This document shows, one piece after another, positions 9,323 through 21,464 of a stretch of 64,000 bases of DNA (positions are counted from its first letter, which is position 1; every line of letters starts with the position of its first letter). The notes beneath the pieces are model-generated. The model saw nothing but the letters and a program-made list of their open reading frames with translations, was not told the DNA's origin and made no database searches. The stretch is from an uncultured Bacteroidales bacterium (GTDB taxonomy: Bacteria; Bacteroidota; Bacteroidia; Bacteroidales; UBA932). Location of the stretch: NCBI GenBank assembly GCA_947167015.1, contig CAMVGM010000004.1:9794-73793 (forward strand), read 5' to 3'. A program made the position numbers and the translations under genes.

Positions 9323-10261
9323 TTATTTCTTACCCCCCGTTTTAAACTTTTCAAACCCCTTTCCATACACCCCGGTGACCGAGGAAACGGAGATGAAGGC
9401 GTTCGGATCGATGGCGTTGATGTACTTCAGGAACACGTTGAGGTCCGTCTTGCGCGTAATCACCATCACGACTTCCGTCTCCTGCTTGGTATACCAGCCC
9501 TTGCCGGAGAGCACCGTCACGCCGCGGTGCAGGTCGCGGGTGATCGCGTCGGCGATCTCCGCGTGCTTGGGAGAGAGGATGAAGATCTGGACCGACTGGC
9601 GGGAACCCGACAGGTACAGGTCCAGCACCGTGCTGACGATCGTGATCAGGATGAAACCGTACACCACCGTGGTGATCTTGTCCGGCCAGGCCATCAGGCT
9701 TCCGTCCGGCATATAGGAAGGCACCAGGAGGGAGGACAGGATGATCACCGCATCCGAGATCAGGATGACCCGGCCCGGGGAGACGTTGCGGTACTTGTTG
9801 ATGATCAGCGCGATGATGTCCGTGCCGCCCGTGCTGCCTCCCTGCGAGATGGACAGGCCGATGCCGACGCCGACGATGATGCCGCCCATGAAGGTGCACA
9901 TCAGCTTGCCGTTGTCCAGGGCCAGCAGCTGGATGATCTGCTGCGGGAAGATGTCCTGCCCCACGTTGAGGGCGACCGAAGTCAGCAGGATGGCATAGAT
10001 GGACTTCGCCCCGAAACTGCGGCCGAGGGTGAAGAGCGCCGCGATCAGCAGGCCGGCGTTGACCACGAAATAGGTGTAGCCGATCTTGATCGCCCCGCCC
10101 GTCGCATACTGCACGATAGAACCGAGACCGGTCACGCCGCCGCCAATCATGTTATTGGGAATCAAGAAGATGATCCACCCCGTCACATACATCAGCACGC
10201 CCAGGGTGATCAGGGCGTATTCTTTGATGGAAATCCAGATACTCTTTTTAAACAGATTCAT
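9323..10261 (-). CDS. YitT family membrane protein
   Basis: [39 protein letters not shown]. Confidence 0.93.
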   Translation of the reverse strand: MNLFKKSIWISIKEYALITLGVLMYVTGWIIFLIPNNMIGGGVTGLGSIVQYATGGAIKIGYTYFVVNAGLLIAALFTLGRSFGAKSIYAILLTSVALNVGQDIFPQQIIQLLALDNGKLMCTFMGGIIVGVGIGLSISQGGSTGGTDIIALIINKYRNVSPGRVILISDAVIILSSLLVPSYMPDGSLMAWPDKITTVVYGFILITIVSTVLDLYLSGSRQSVQIFILSPKHAEIADAITRDLHRGVTVLSGKGWYTKQETEVVMVITRKTDLNVFLKYINAIDPNAFISVSSVTGVYGKGFEKFKTGGKK

Positions 10262-11180
10262 CTCCTTTACGTTTCTTGATGAGTTTCACGCCGGTCTTCA
10301 TCTCCTCGAAGCCCTCGCCATAGACGTTGCGCGTGGGCGAAATGGACATGAAGGCGTGCGGGTCGAGTTCCTTGATGACCTGCGTCAGCCCGGAGAGCTG
10401 GTTCTGGTTGATCAGGATCAGCAGGACGTTCTTGTCGGTCTTGGTAAACCAGCCCTGGGCCTTGAGCACAGTCACGCCGCGGTTCATCCGGTTGATGATG
10501 TGGTCGGCGATCTGCTCGTACTTCTGCGAGAAGACCAGCAGCTGGCAGGAAGAGCGCCGGCCTCCGACGACGATGTCGATCACCAGCGAGAAGATCACCA
10601 CCTCCACGAGGCCGTAGCACATGTCCGAGAAGGTTTTCTCCGGCAGGGCCAGCAGCAGGGCGCAGATCACCACGTCCGAGATCAGGAAAACCGTGCTCAG
10701 CGACACCGGCCAGTATTTGTTCACCATCAGGGCGATGATGTCCGTGCCGCCCGTACTGCCCCCGTAGCGCAGGACGAGCCCGAGCCCGACGGACTCGAAC
10801 ACGCCGGCCACGACCGGGATCAGCAGGCGCTCCTCCATATAGAAGAAGGAACCAGGGACGGCGTGGAGCACCTCCGCTTTCGAGAGGATCCCCATCGCCA
10901 CGCTGGACATGATGATGCACCAGATGGTCTTGAAACCGAAGCCGATCCCCATCGCGATCACCGCGACGATGATCAGGAGGGCGTTGATGGCAAAATAGGA
11001 ATACTGGGCCGGGATCGCCCCGCCCGTGGCGTACTGGATGATGGTGCAGAGGCCCATCATGCCACCGGCGGACATCCCGTTCGGAATCATGAAGCATTCC
11101 CAGGCCACCGTGAAGATAAAACAAGCCAGGGTCAGCGTCAGGTACTCCCAGAGGGTGCGGTAAATCGCCTTGCGTGTCAT
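10248..11180 (-). CDS. YitT family membrane protein (paralog)
   Basis: [27 protein letters not shown]. Confidence 0.93.
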   Translation of the reverse strand: MTRKAIYRTLWEYLTLTLACFIFTVAWECFMIPNGMSAGGMMGLCTIIQYATGGAIPAQYSYFAINALLIIVAVIAMGIGFGFKTIWCIIMSSVAMGILSKAEVLHAVPGSFFYMEERLLIPVVAGVFESVGLGLVLRYGGSTGGTDIIALMVNKYWPVSLSTVFLISDVVICALLLALPEKTFSDMCYGLVEVVIFSLVIDIVVGGRRSSCQLLVFSQKYEQIADHIINRMNRGVTVLKAQGWFTKTDKNVLLILINQNQLSGLTQVIKELDPHAFMSISPTRNVYGEGFEEMKTGVKLIKKRKGDESV

Positions 11181-13912
11181 TTCAGGACGATGTTGATGAT
11201 TCTTCCGGGCACCACGACGACCTTGACGATCTGCTTGTCACCGACCCACTTGGCCGTCTGGTCCATTGCGCGGACCGCGGCCTCGACCTCGGCGGGAGAA
11301 GCGCTGCGCGGCATATCTACGGTAAAGCGCATCTTGCCGCCGAACTGCACCGGGTAGGTGACGCTATCCTCCGCCGTATAGGCGGCGACGTACTCGGGGA
11401 AGCGGGCGTCGCAGATGCTGCCTTCGTGGCCGAGCAGGTGCCAGAGTTCCTCGGTGATGTGCGGGGCGAACGGGGCAAGGAGCACGGCGAGCGGCTCCAG
11501 GATCTCGCGCTTGTGGCAGTCGAGGGCGGTCAGGTCGCCGACCGCGATCATGAAGGCGCTGATGGTCGTGTTGTAGGAGAAGTTCTCGATGTCCTCCTGT
11601 TCCTTGCCGATCAGCTTGTGCAGGGCCTTGAGTTCCTGCGCGCTGGCCTTTTCATCCGTGACGCAGAAGCCGTCGCGGCTGGCGTAAAGGCGCCAGAACT
11701 TCTTCAGGAAGCGCGCCACGCCGTCGATGCCCTTGGTGTCCCAGGGCTTGCTCTGCTCGAGCGGACCGAGGAACATCTCATAGAGCCGGAGCGTGTCGGC
11801 GCCGTAGGTGTCGCAGATGACGTCGGGGTTGACGACGTTGTACATTGACTTGCTCATCTTCTCGACGGCCCAGCCGCAGATGTACTCCCCGTCCTCGAGG
11901 ATGAACTCCGCGTCCGCGAAATCGGGCCGCCAGCGGCGGAAACCTTCCAGGTCGAGCCGGTCATTCCGGACCAGGCTGATGTCCACGTGGATCTCGGTGG
12001 TCTCGTACTTGTCTTTCAGGCCGGATGAGACGAAGGTGTTGGTGCCGACGATGCGGTACACGAAGCTGGAACGGCCCTGGATCATGCCCTGGTTGATCAG
12101 CTTGCGGAACGGCTCGTCCTCGCAGACATAGCCCCGGTCATACAGGAACTTGTTCCAGAAGCGGGAGTAGATCAGGTGGCCCGTGGCGTGCTCGGTGCCG
12201 CCGATGTACAGGTCCACGTTGCGCCAGTATCCGTCGGCCTCGCGGCTGACGAGCGCGCTGTCGTTGTGCGGATCCATATAGCGGAGGTAATAGGCGCTGG
12301 AGCCCGCGAAACCGGGCATAGTACTCTTCTCCAGGGGATATCCGTCATAGGTCCAGTCCTTCGCGCGGGACAGCGGCGGCTGCCCGTCCGGGGACGGCTT
12401 GAAGGAATCGATCTCGGGCAGGCGCAGCGGCAGCGCGGACAGCGGCAGCGGCGTGGGGATGCCGTCCTTGTAGCAGATCGGGAAGGGCTCTCCCCAGTAG
12501 CGCTGGCGCGAGAAGATCGCGTCGCGCAGGCGGTAGTTGGTCTTCCGGCGGCCCAGCCCGTGCGCCTCGACGTAGTCCTTCGCAGCCTCGATCGCCTCTT
12601 TCACGCTCATGCCATTGAGGAAGCCGGAATTGCACATGACGCCTTCCTTGGCGTCCACGCTCTGTTCGCTCACGTCCGCCCCCTCGATGACGGGGACGAT
12701 CGGCAGGCCGAACTTCTTCGCGAAGGCGTAGTCGCGGCTGTCGTGCGCAGGCACGGCCATGATGGCACCGGTGCCGTATCCCGCCAGCACGTACTCGGAA
12801 ATCCAGATGGGCACCTTCTCCCCGGTCACCGGGTTGATGCCGTAAGCGCCGGAGAACACGCCCGTGACCGTCTTGGTCTCGGCGATACGTTCGCGTTCCG
12901 TCTTGGTTTTCACGTACTTGAGGTACTCGGCCACCTCATCCTTACGGTCGGCGGACGTCAGCGCGTCCACCAGTTCGCTCTCCGGCGCGAGGACCATGAA
13001 GGTCACGCCGTAGATGGTGTCGGCCCGGGTCGTGAAGATGGTCACGGGCATTTCGCGCCCGTCACAGACGGTGTTGAAGACCATCTCGGTGCCCTCGGAA
13101 CGGCCGATCCAGTTGCGCTGCATCTCTTTGAGCGAATCGGTCCAGTCCAGGCTCTCCAGCGAATCCAGCAGGCGCCCGGCATAGGCCGACACGCGCAGCT
13201 GCCACTGGGTCATCTTCTTCTGTTCCACCGGGAATCCGCCGCGCACGCTCAGGCCGTCCTTGACCTCGTCGTTGGCGAGCACCGTGCCGAGGCCTTCGCA
13301 CCAGTTCACGGAGGTCTCGCCCTGGTAGGCGATGCGCCAGCGCATCAGGATGTCGGATTTCTCTTTTTCGGAAGCGGCTTTCCAGCGCTCCGGGGTCACG
13401 TCGTCATAGCCGGTGGTCTCGAAGCGGGCGATCAGTTCGGAGATGGGACGGGCCTTGTCCAGGTCCGGGTCGTACCAGCTGTCGAACATCTGCAGGAAGG
13501 CCCACTGGGTCCACTTGTAGAAGCCCGGGTCGCAGGTGCGCACCTCGCGGTCCCAGTCGTAGCTGAAGCCGATGCGGTCCAGCTGCTCGCGGTAGCGCGC
13601 GATGTTCTTCTCGGTGGTGATCTCGGGGTGCTGCCCGGTCTGGATGGCATACTGCTCGGCCGGGAGGCCGAAGGCGTCGTAGCCCATCGGGTGCAGGACG
13701 TTGAAGCCCTTCAGGCGCTTGTAGCGGGAGAAGATGTCACTGGCGATGTAACCCAGGGGATGGCCGACGTGGAGCCCGGCCCCGGAGGGGTACGGGAACA
13801 TGTCCAACACGTAGAATTTCGGCTTCGACGGGTCCTCGCTTACCTTGAATGTCTTGTTTTCGGCCCACCAGGCCTGCCATTTCCGTTCAATTGATTGAAA
13901 ATCGTAATCCAT
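11177..13912 (-). CDS. leuS: Leucine--tRNA ligase
   Basis: [14 protein letters not shown] (HIGH), [20 protein letters not shown]. Confidence 0.99.
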   Translation of the reverse strand: MDYDFQSIERKWQAWWAENKTFKVSEDPSKPKFYVLDMFPYPSGAGLHVGHPLGYIASDIFSRYKRLKGFNVLHPMGYDAFGLPAEQYAIQTGQHPEITTEKNIARYREQLDRIGFSYDWDREVRTCDPGFYKWTQWAFLQMFDSWYDPDLDKARPISELIARFETTGYDDVTPERWKAASEKEKSDILMRWRIAYQGETSVNWCEGLGTVLANDEVKDGLSVRGGFPVEQKKMTQWQLRVSAYAGRLLDSLESLDWTDSLKEMQRNWIGRSEGTEMVFNTVCDGREMPVTIFTTRADTIYGVTFMVLAPESELVDALTSADRKDEVAEYLKYVKTKTERERIAETKTVTGVFSGAYGINPVTGEKVPIWISEYVLAGYGTGAIMAVPAHDSRDYAFAKKFGLPIVPVIEGADVSEQSVDAKEGVMCNSGFLNGMSVKEAIEAAKDYVEAHGLGRRKTNYRLRDAIFSRQRYWGEPFPICYKDGIPTPLPLSALPLRLPEIDSFKPSPDGQPPLSRAKDWTYDGYPLEKSTMPGFAGSSAYYLRYMDPHNDSALVSREADGYWRNVDLYIGGTEHATGHLIYSRFWNKFLYDRGYVCEDEPFRKLINQGMIQGRSSFVYRIVGTNTFVSSGLKDKYETTEIHVDISLVRNDRLDLEGFRRWRPDFADAEFILEDGEYICGWAVEKMSKSMYNVVNPDVICDTYGADTLRLYEMFLGPLEQSKPWDTKGIDGVARFLKKFWRLYASRDGFCVTDEKASAQELKALHKLIGKEQEDIENFSYNTTISAFMIAVGDLTALDCHKREILEPLAVLLAPFAPHITEELWHLLGHEGSICDARFPEYVAAYTAEDSVTYPVQFGGKMRFTVDMPRSASPAEVEAAVRAMDQTAKWVGDKQIVKVVVVPGRIINIVLK

Positions 13913-13919
13913 ATTTCCG

Positions 13920-15245
13920 TTATCTTTTCTTTCTCTTTTCCAGGCGGAACTCCACCCAGACCGACATCGCGGTCTTCACCTTCTTCCCGCGCAGGAGGCC
14001 GGGCTTCCAGTCCGGCGAGGAGGACACGACGCGCACGGCCTCCGCATCCAGGCGCGGATCCACGCTGCGGGACACCTTCACGTCCGTCACCTTCCCCTTC
14101 TCGTTGATGATGAAATCCACCAGCACGCGCCCCTGGACGCCTTCCGCCACGCATTCCGACGGGTACCGGAGGTACACGTAAACCCAGCGCCGCAGGAACT
14201 CCGCCGGGTCGCTGGAACGGAAGAAGGTGGGGCGCACGTCGAGGTCGATCAGCGAGACGACGTCCTGCGCTGCGCCGCGGCCTTCGGACTCGTCCTCGCG
14301 GAAAGCCGGCTTGCGTCCGTTCGCGAGGGCCAGGCAGAAGTGGTAGATGTATTCCAGTTCCCGCTCCATCCCGTCATATTCCAGGATGGATGCGGTGTCG
14401 CGGTCGGTGTTGTACTCCGGATACATCCCGGTGGTGAACAGGACGGAGGGGATCTCCGCCGCATAGAAGAGGCGGTGGTCCGAAGAAACCGGCTCCCGGC
14501 TCACCACTTCGGGCTTGACCGGCTGCAGGCTGTTGTTGACCTCGGCGACCAGGCGGTTCAGGTCGGGGTTGGACGAGGTGTAGGCATAGAAGCCGTTCGA
14601 TCCCGTCCCCAGCATGTCCAGGTTCACCATCGCGTCGATCTTCTCCTTCCCGCTGAACGCGCGGTTCAGGAAATACCATGCGCCGGCGCCCGACTCCAGC
14701 GAGGAGCCGAACGCCGCGACGATGACCGAGCGCTTCAGGAGCACGCGGTTTGCGGACAGCATCTTCGCCAGCTGCAGGAGCATCGCGAGGCCGGAGCCGT
14801 TGCCGTTTGCGCCGCAGTAGATCTTCTCGCGCGGTTCGCCGTTCACCAGCAGTTCCATCCGGCCGAGGTTGTCCAGCCGGGCGCCGATGACGATGTAGTG
14901 CTCGCGCAGCGTGGCGTCATAGCCCGGGATGAACCCGATGACGTTGCGGGACGTGAGCGTGTCGCCGGCTTCCTGTTTCAGGCCGAACAGGTCCCCCTCC
15001 GGGCCGCCGAGCACCTCGACCCCGTAGGAGACGAACTTGTCGGCGATATAAGCCGCAGCTTCCAGCTCCCCTTCGGAACCGGCCTTGCGGCCCTCCCGGG
15101 CGGAGGATGCGAGGAACGCCACGTGTTCTTTCATCGCAGCGACGGCGTCGCTGTCTTCCAGCGCCCCGTACGAGGTCCGGTACTGTGCGCTGCCCAGGCA
15201 GGCCGCCAGGCACAGCAGGCAGAGGGTCAGGATTCCTTTCCGCAT
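13920..15245 (-). CDS. Secreted M28-peptidase-like domain (metal ligands largely lost) fused to a TonB C-terminal domain
   Basis: Signal peptide; [27 protein letters not shown]; C-terminal [27 protein letters not shown]. Confidence 0.85.
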   Translation of the reverse strand: MRKGILTLCLLCLAACLGSAQYRTSYGALEDSDAVAAMKEHVAFLASSAREGRKAGSEGELEAAAYIADKFVSYGVEVLGGPEGDLFGLKQEAGDTLTSRNVIGFIPGYDATLREHYIVIGARLDNLGRMELLVNGEPREKIYCGANGNGSGLAMLLQLAKMLSANRVLLKRSVIVAAFGSSLESGAGAWYFLNRAFSGKEKIDAMVNLDMLGTGSNGFYAYTSSNPDLNRLVAEVNNSLQPVKPEVVSREPVSSDHRLFYAAEIPSVLFTTGMYPEYNTDRDTASILEYDGMERELEYIYHFCLALANGRKPAFREDESEGRGAAQDVVSLIDLDVRPTFFRSSDPAEFLRRWVYVYLRYPSECVAEGVQGRVLVDFIINEKGKVTDVKVSRSVDPRLDAEAVRVVSSSPDWKPGLLRGKKVKTAMSVWVEFRLEKRKKR

Positions 15246-15249
15246 GGCG

Positions 15250-15765
15250 CTATTCGTTTTTGAGGATCCAGGCGTCCTTGGGGCAGAAACGCTCGCCGCG
15301 CAGTTTCCTCAGGGATGCATATACTTCGGTCAGGCTGTTGGAAGGGCAGATGCCCACGGAGACGAAGCCGCTGCGGAACGGGATCAGCGTGGCCGGGTAG
15401 CCGGCCTGCTCGGCCTTTCCGGCCTGCCGCTCCGCATTCGCCGGGGAACTGAAGGAACCGATCATCACGTAATAGCGGTAAGGCAGTTCATGCTCCCGCT
15501 TCGTGGCCAGCTGGCGCGTGGAGATCATCGATTCCTTGGCGTTCTTGAGGGAATCCAGGGTCGCAAGCGAATCCGAAATCTGCTTCTGGACCAGTTTCAG
15601 GGAATCCAGCCGGCGCTGGTGCGCCTCGGCTTCCCGCTCGATCCGCAGGCGCTTCGCCTCGATGTCCCGGGACGTGGGACGCCCGGCCAGCTGGCGGAAG
15701 AAATCACATCCCCCCAGCAGGCAGATCGAGGCGGCCAGCGCCGCCATGGCCATTATTCTTTTCAT
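15250..15765 (-). CDS. SPOR-domain lipoprotein
   Basis: Lipobox LGGC, coiled coil, YYVMIGSFSSPANA...DAWIL. Confidence 0.8.
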   Translation of the reverse strand: MKRIMAMAALAASICLLGGCDFFRQLAGRPTSRDIEAKRLRIEREAEAHQRRLDSLKLVQKQISDSLATLDSLKNAKESMISTRQLATKREHELPYRYYVMIGSFSSPANAERQAGKAEQAGYPATLIPFRSGFVSVGICPSNSLTEVYASLRKLRGERFCPKDAWILKNE

Positions 15766-15807
15766 AATCCCGCAAATTTACCAAATTTCTTATATTTGCA
15801 CAATCCT

Positions 15808-16926
15808 ATGAAAGCGAACCGACTTATACTCTTGCTTCTGCTGCTGGTTCCCGCCGGAAAAAGCGCGGCCCAGCGGCCCCGATACGCATTCACGCCCGAA
15901 CAATATCAAATCCCGTTCCCGAAAGCTTTCCTGAACGCGCCCGACACCGTCGATATGGTTATCCTGGGCGACGTGATGATGCACGCCAAGCAGCTCGTGC
16001 GTAATCACCGGACCTTCCTGGAGCGCGTCGCCCCGGCCATCCTGGAGGCGGACATCGCGGTGGCCAACATGGAATTCCCCCTCGGCGGCGAGCCCTATAC
16101 CGGCTACCCGGCCTTCTCGACACCGGATTACTACCCCTGGTATGTCGGCGGAGAATGCGGCGTGGACGTGTTCCTGACGGCGAACAACCACGTCCTGGAC
16201 CGGGGCAGCGCCGGCCTCCGGCGCACGCTCGAGGTCTATGAGAAGATCCGCGATTCGCTCGGGGTCCGGCAGACCGGTGCCGGGCGCAACCCCGCCGAAC
16301 TGGAACGCGACAATCCCCTGCTCCTGTCCCGGAAGGGGATACGCATCGCCCTGGTCAACTTCACCTACGGCACCAACACGGGCTCCGACCAGGAATGGCC
16401 GAAAGTCAACTACATGCGCAAGGACGAGGTGGCAAAGGCCATCCGGAACGCACGGGAACAGGGTGCGGACTTCGTCATCGCCCTGCCGCACTGGGGCACC
16501 GAATACCAGCTCCGGCACGACGCCTCGCAGCGCCAGTGGGCGGAATGGCTGGTTTCCGAAGGCGTGGACGCCGTGGTGGGCTCCCATCCGCACGTCGTCC
16601 AGGACACCACCCACATCCACGGCGTACCGGTCCTGTATTCGCTCGGCAACGCCATCTCGAACATGAGCGCCCCGAACACCCGCATCGGGCTGATGGCCAC
16701 CCTGCGCTTCGTCCGCGACCCCCTCACCGGGGAGAAGCGGATACTGGAGCCGGAGCTCACCTTCCTCTGGTGCACCCTTCCGGAACGGCTCCTTCCCGAC
16801 AGTTACGCCTCCCTGTTCGTAAAAGAGTGGGCCAACCGCCGGGACGATTGGCTCACTCCTTCAGATTTTGATAACATGATCTCGACGTACCGGCGCGTCC
16901 TGGACGTCACCGGCATCGAGGACTGA
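15808..16926 (+). CDS. CapA-family (PGA_cap) metallophosphoesterase
   Basis: GDVMMH, ANMEFP, ANNHVLD, HWGTEY, GSHPHV, YSLGN. Confidence 0.92.
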   Translation: MKANRLILLLLLLVPAGKSAAQRPRYAFTPEQYQIPFPKAFLNAPDTVDMVILGDVMMHAKQLVRNHRTFLERVAPAILEADIAVANMEFPLGGEPYTGYPAFSTPDYYPWYVGGECGVDVFLTANNHVLDRGSAGLRRTLEVYEKIRDSLGVRQTGAGRNPAELERDNPLLLSRKGIRIALVNFTYGTNTGSDQEWPKVNYMRKDEVAKAIRNAREQGADFVIALPHWGTEYQLRHDASQRQWAEWLVSEGVDAVVGSHPHVVQDTTHIHGVPVLYSLGNAISNMSAPNTRIGLMATLRFVRDPLTGEKRILEPELTFLWCTLPERLLPDSYASLFVKEWANRRDDWLTPSDFDNMISTYRRVLDVTGIED

Positions 16927-16930
16927 CCGA

Positions 16931-18244
16931 TTACTGGCCGAAGCTGGAGTACTTCTCGTACTTCTTCTGGAAGTCCTCGCTTTCGTTGCGGAAGCGGAAG
17001 CAGGCGTTCTTGAGGTACTCGGCGATGCTGCCCTTGGTGTCGTTGTCCTGGACCAGGTCGAAAGCGGTCTCGAACGGCTCGATGCAGGCCTTGAGGGTCT
17101 TCTCGAACTCCTCGATCAGCTTGTTGTACTTGGCGTCGTCCATTTCCATGGAGGCCTTGTCCTGCAGTTCGACAGCCTGGTTGTACAGGTGCATGCCCTT
17201 GCCGATGTAGCCCCACTCGTACTTCGGATTGACCTTGATGGCCTGGTCGTAGGCGGCCAGCGCCTCCTCGTTCTGGCCCAGCTTCTGGCGGGCGTTGCCT
17301 TCCACATAGTAGAGGGAGGCGTTGTCCGGCTCGTTGCGCTTGGCGTCCTCGAAGAGCTGGAACAGGCGGGCGGTGTCCTCGCCGCTGTTCAGGTAGTAGT
17401 TGATCAGGCCGATCAGGATGCTCTGGTTCTCAGGGAACTTGGCGAAGCCCTGCTCCAGGAGGGTCTTGGAGCCGGCCTTGTCGCCGAGATGGTCCGCGAT
17501 ATCGGCCAGCTTGGCGTAGGACTCGCCCTTCTCGCCGTAGTAGTTGTGGCGCACGCCTTCCTCGAAGAATCCCTTCGCACGGTTCCAGTCCTGATTCGTC
17601 CAGGCGGTCAGGCCCGCGTTGTACAGGGAGTTGGTGTCGAGCTGGCTGAGCGGAGCGGTGCCCGCGGCCTTGACGGCCTTCTCGAAGAGCACGGAAGCCT
17701 TGCCGAAGTCACCGAGGGTGTAGGCGTTGTAAGCCTCGTCCGTGAACTTGGAGTTGATGGTCTCCAGACCGGTCTTGATGTCCTTGGTCTTCTGGCCCTT
17801 ATCATCCAGCTGGGCGGCCTTGGCGAAGGCGTCGAGCGCCTTCTCGAGGGCGTTCTCCACCACCGGCTGCGTGACCTCGATCATAGCCAGCTGGCCGGCC
17901 TGGTTGAAGTAGTAATTCTTGTTGGCATAGACCTGCTTGTGCATCGGCTGGCCGCCGAGGGTCACGTCGGCCTCGGACATCGGACGCTCACCGGCACCGA
18001 GGACCTGCAGCTCCTGTGCGGACATGCCCACCCAGGCGTTGCCGGCCGGCGCGTTGAACGCGTCGATCAGGGTCTGGCCGTACTTGATCCACGTGGCGGC
18101 TTTGGTGTTCTGCTTTGCATTCTCGGTCGCAGCCTGCGCCTTTTCGACGGCAGACTTGGCCGCGGCGACGCTCTTGTTCTGCGCCTGTGCGTTCACTGCG
18201 GTCATCGAAGCAGCGATCGCGATGATTGCCAAAAACTTTTTCAT
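16931..18244 (-). CDS. Secreted tetratricopeptide-repeat protein
   Basis: Signal peptide; repeated TPR-like helices; lies downstream of gyrA. Confidence 0.85.
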   Translation of the reverse strand: MKKFLAIIAIAASMTAVNAQAQNKSVAAAKSAVEKAQAATENAKQNTKAATWIKYGQTLIDAFNAPAGNAWVGMSAQELQVLGAGERPMSEADVTLGGQPMHKQVYANKNYYFNQAGQLAMIEVTQPVVENALEKALDAFAKAAQLDDKGQKTKDIKTGLETINSKFTDEAYNAYTLGDFGKASVLFEKAVKAAGTAPLSQLDTNSLYNAGLTAWTNQDWNRAKGFFEEGVRHNYYGEKGESYAKLADIADHLGDKAGSKTLLEQGFAKFPENQSILIGLINYYLNSGEDTARLFQLFEDAKRNEPDNASLYYVEGNARQKLGQNEEALAAYDQAIKVNPKYEWGYIGKGMHLYNQAVELQDKASMEMDDAKYNKLIEEFEKTLKACIEPFETAFDLVQDNDTKGSIAEYLKNACFRFRNESEDFQKKYEKYSSFGQ

Positions 18245-18285
18245 TGGGTTACTCGTTAATAGTTAAAATTACATTTCGTTCCTAA

Positions 18286-20826
18286 TTATACGGTTTCGAC
18301 CGTCTCTGAAGTCTCCTCCGGAAGTTCTTCCTCCGCCTTGGCCACCGGTGAAACGGCAGCGATGGCATCGCCTTCGCGGATGTTGATCAGTCTCACACCC
18401 TGGGTAGCCCTGCCGGCAATCCGGATGTCGGATACTGCCATCCTGATGGTCAGTCCGGACTTGGTGATGATCATCAGATCATTTTCCTCTGTCACGTTCT
18501 TGATTGCAACAAGCGGGCCAGTTTTATCCGTGATGTTGATCGTCTTCACGCCCTTGGCCCCGCGGGAAGTCAGGCGGTACTCCTGGGGATCGGAACGCTT
18601 GCCATAGCCGTTCTCGCTGACTACCAGGATGGTATGGGCTCCGGCGTCGGGGGCGTCGGGGTCGTGGGAGACCGCTCCGACCACCTCGTCGTCGTCCTCG
18701 ATGCTGATACCGCGGACACCCGATCCGCTGCGTCCGATTGCGCGCACCTCCTCTTCGTTGAAGCGGCAGCAGCGGCCGGCGCGGGCGGCGATCATGATCT
18801 CGTGGCTGCCGTCGGTCAGCAGCGCGTCGAGCAGTTCGTCCCCCTCGCGGATGCCGATGGCGATGATGCCCTTGTTGCGGCTGCGCTTGTTGGAGTACTC
18901 GGTCAGGTTGGTCTTCTTGATGACGCCGCGCTTGGTGATCAGGATCACGTAGTGGTTGTCGGTGTACTCGGGATCCTCGATCGAGCGGGCGTTCAGGTAG
19001 GTGCGGATCCGGTCCGCCGGATCGATGGAGAGCAGGTTCTGCACGGCGCGGCCCTTGGAGGTGCGGGAGCCCTCGGGGAGCTCGTACACCTTCAGGCGGT
19101 AGCACATGCCCTGGTCGGTGAAGAAGAGCATCGTCGAGTGCATGTTCGCGACGTAGATATGCTCGATGAAGTCCTCGTCGCGCGTAGCGCTGGCCTTCCG
19201 GCCCACGCCGCCGCGGGCCTGGGTGCGGAACTCGGTCAGGGCGGTGCGCTTGATGTAGCCGAGGTGGGAGATCGTGATCACGACATCCTCGTCGGCATAG
19301 AAGTCCTCGGGGTTGAACTCGTCCTCGGAGAGGGTGATCTCGGTGCGGCGCGGGTCGCCGTAACGCTCCTTCAGTTCCTGGGACTCGCGCTTGACGACGG
19401 CCAGCTGCTCGGCGTCGCTCGCGAGGATCTCGCGGCAGCGGGCGATGAACTTCTCGAGTTCGTCGTACTCCGCCTGCAGGCGGGCCTTCTCCAAGCCGGT
19501 GAGCTGGCGCAGGCGCATCTCCACGATGGCGCTCGCCTGGATGTCGTCGAAGCCGAAGGTCTCCATCAGGGAGGCCTTTGCGTCGTCCACGCTGCGGGAA
19601 GCCCGGATGATGGCGATGATCTCGTCGATCACGTCGATGGCTTTCAGCAGGCCTTCCAGGATGTGGGCGCGCTTGAGGGCCTTGTCCAGGTCGAACTTCG
19701 TCCGGCGGTACACCACCTCGTGGCGGAAGTCCACGAAGGTCTTCAGCATGTCCTTCAGCGTCATCGTGCGCGGACGGCCGCCGACCAGGGCGACGTTGTT
19801 GATGGAGAAGCTGCTCTGCAGCGCGGTGTATTTGAAGAGGGTGTTGAGCACCACGTTGGCGTTCGCCTCCTTCTTGACGACGAATTCGATGCGGATGCCC
19901 TCGCGGTTGGTCAGCTCGCGGATGTCGGCGATGCCCTCGATCTTCTTCTCGTGCACCATCTCGCTGATGCGGGAGAGCATGTCGGCCTTGTTGACCATGT
20001 AGGGCACCTCGGTCACGACGATGGTCTCGCGGCCGCCGTCGCCCTCCTCGATCTCGGTCTTGGCGCGGATGACCACGCGGCCGCGGCCGGTGTTGTAGGC
20101 GTCCACGATGCCCTGGCGGCCCATGATGATGCCGCCGGTCGGGAAGTCCGGACCCTGTATGTATTGCATCAGCTCCTCGGTGGTGATGTCGGGGTTGTCG
20201 ATGTAGGCGCAGATCGCGTCGCAAACCTCGCCGAGGTTGTGCGGGGCCATGTTGGTCGCCATACCGACGGCGATGCCCGCGGAGCCGTTCAGCAGCAGGA
20301 GCGGGAGCTTGGTCGGCAGGACGGTCGGCTCCTGGAGGGAGTCGTCGAAGTTGAGCGTCATGTCGACGGTGTCCTTGTCGAGGTCGGCCAGGACGTCCTC
20401 CGTCATCTTCTCGAGCTTCGCCTCGGTATATCGCATCGCGGCCACCGGGTCGCCGTCCATGGAACCGAAGTTGCCCTGTCCGAAGACCAGGGGATAACGC
20501 TGGTTCCAGGGCTGCGCCAGGCGCGCCATCGCGTCATAGACGCTGGAATCGCCGTGCGGGTGGAACTTTCCGAGCACCTCGCCGACGATACGGGCGGACT
20601 TCTTGGTCTGGCCGCCATAGCTCAGGCCCAGGCCGTCCATTCCGAAAAGGACCCTACGCTGCACGGGCTTCAAACCGTCACGCGCGTCCGGAAGGGCGCG
20701 GGATACGATCACGGACATCGAATAGTCGATGTAGGCCGTGCGCATCTCGTGGTCGATCTCGACCGGTTCGATGATCCCTATCTGTTTTTCCCGGATTTCT
20801 TCGGGATTCTTTACCTCACTGTCCAT
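18286..20826 (-). CDS. gyrA: DNA gyrase subunit A
   Basis: [29 protein letters not shown], GyrA-box QARGGVG, pinwheel repeats. Confidence 0.99.
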   Translation of the reverse strand: MDSEVKNPEEIREKQIGIIEPVEIDHEMRTAYIDYSMSVIVSRALPDARDGLKPVQRRVLFGMDGLGLSYGGQTKKSARIVGEVLGKFHPHGDSSVYDAMARLAQPWNQRYPLVFGQGNFGSMDGDPVAAMRYTEAKLEKMTEDVLADLDKDTVDMTLNFDDSLQEPTVLPTKLPLLLLNGSAGIAVGMATNMAPHNLGEVCDAICAYIDNPDITTEELMQYIQGPDFPTGGIIMGRQGIVDAYNTGRGRVVIRAKTEIEEGDGGRETIVVTEVPYMVNKADMLSRISEMVHEKKIEGIADIRELTNREGIRIEFVVKKEANANVVLNTLFKYTALQSSFSINNVALVGGRPRTMTLKDMLKTFVDFRHEVVYRRTKFDLDKALKRAHILEGLLKAIDVIDEIIAIIRASRSVDDAKASLMETFGFDDIQASAIVEMRLRQLTGLEKARLQAEYDELEKFIARCREILASDAEQLAVVKRESQELKERYGDPRRTEITLSEDEFNPEDFYADEDVVITISHLGYIKRTALTEFRTQARGGVGRKASATRDEDFIEHIYVANMHSTMLFFTDQGMCYRLKVYELPEGSRTSKGRAVQNLLSIDPADRIRTYLNARSIEDPEYTDNHYVILITKRGVIKKTNLTEYSNKRSRNKGIIAIGIREGDELLDALLTDGSHEIMIAARAGRCCRFNEEEVRAIGRSGSGVRGISIEDDDEVVGAVSHDPDAPDAGAHTILVVSENGYGKRSDPQEYRLTSRGAKGVKTINITDKTGPLVAIKNVTEENDLMIITKSGLTIRMAVSDIRIAGRATQGVRLINIREGDAIAAVSPVAKAEEELPEETSETVETV

Positions 20827-20906
20827 AGAAAACACTATAATTCTAAGTTTGCAAATTTAGCAAAAAAAATCCGATTATTTTGTTATTTTTGTCTAGATTT
20901 TAGGCC

Positions 20907-21464
20907 ATGGAGATCAAGTTTTCACCCGAACTCCTCAGTATCCTGAATTATGCGCGGGACGAGGCGATGCGCACCGGCAGCTACGGCATCGGCGCGGACC
21001 ACATCCTGCTCGCCGTGCTGCGGCACGGGGACAACAACGCCTGCCGCGCCCTGGCCGCCTGCGGCATCTCCGCCGACGCGCTGAAGGAAGCCATAGACCG
21101 GAAGATCTTCTCCGAAAAAGCCGTCCCCTGGCAGGACCGGGCGATGGTCCGGCCCACCCGGGCGGCGGCCGCGCAACTGAGCGCCGCCGCCTACGAGGCC
21201 CTGAAATACGGGCAGCAGGAAATCCTCTCCTCCCATTTCCTGCTCGCCCTGATCCGTTCCGGGAGCGGCGCGGCCGCCGAATACCTCCGCAGCCACGGAC
21301 TCGAGTACGGGCGGCTCCGCGACCTGATGCACGGGCACAACTTCATCCTGCCCCGCCGCTCGCAGGCGGAACTCCCCCGCGTGGAGGACCTGCTCGGCCC
21401 CCTCGGAGAACAACTCACCCGCCTGTACGGACAAGCGGGTGACAAAACGCGGTTGCTGAGCTAG
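20907..21464 (+). CDS. Stand-alone Clp N-terminal (Clp repeat) domain protein
   Basis: Two repeats ARDEAMR..IGADHILLAVL and AAYEALK..ILSSHFLLALI; no Walker motifs. Confidence 0.8.
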   Translation: MEIKFSPELLSILNYARDEAMRTGSYGIGADHILLAVLRHGDNNACRALAACGISADALKEAIDRKIFSEKAVPWQDRAMVRPTRAAAAQLSAAAYEALKYGQQEILSSHFLLALIRSGSGAAAEYLRSHGLEYGRLRDLMHGHNFILPRRSQAELPRVEDLLGPLGEQLTRLYGQAGDKTRLLS

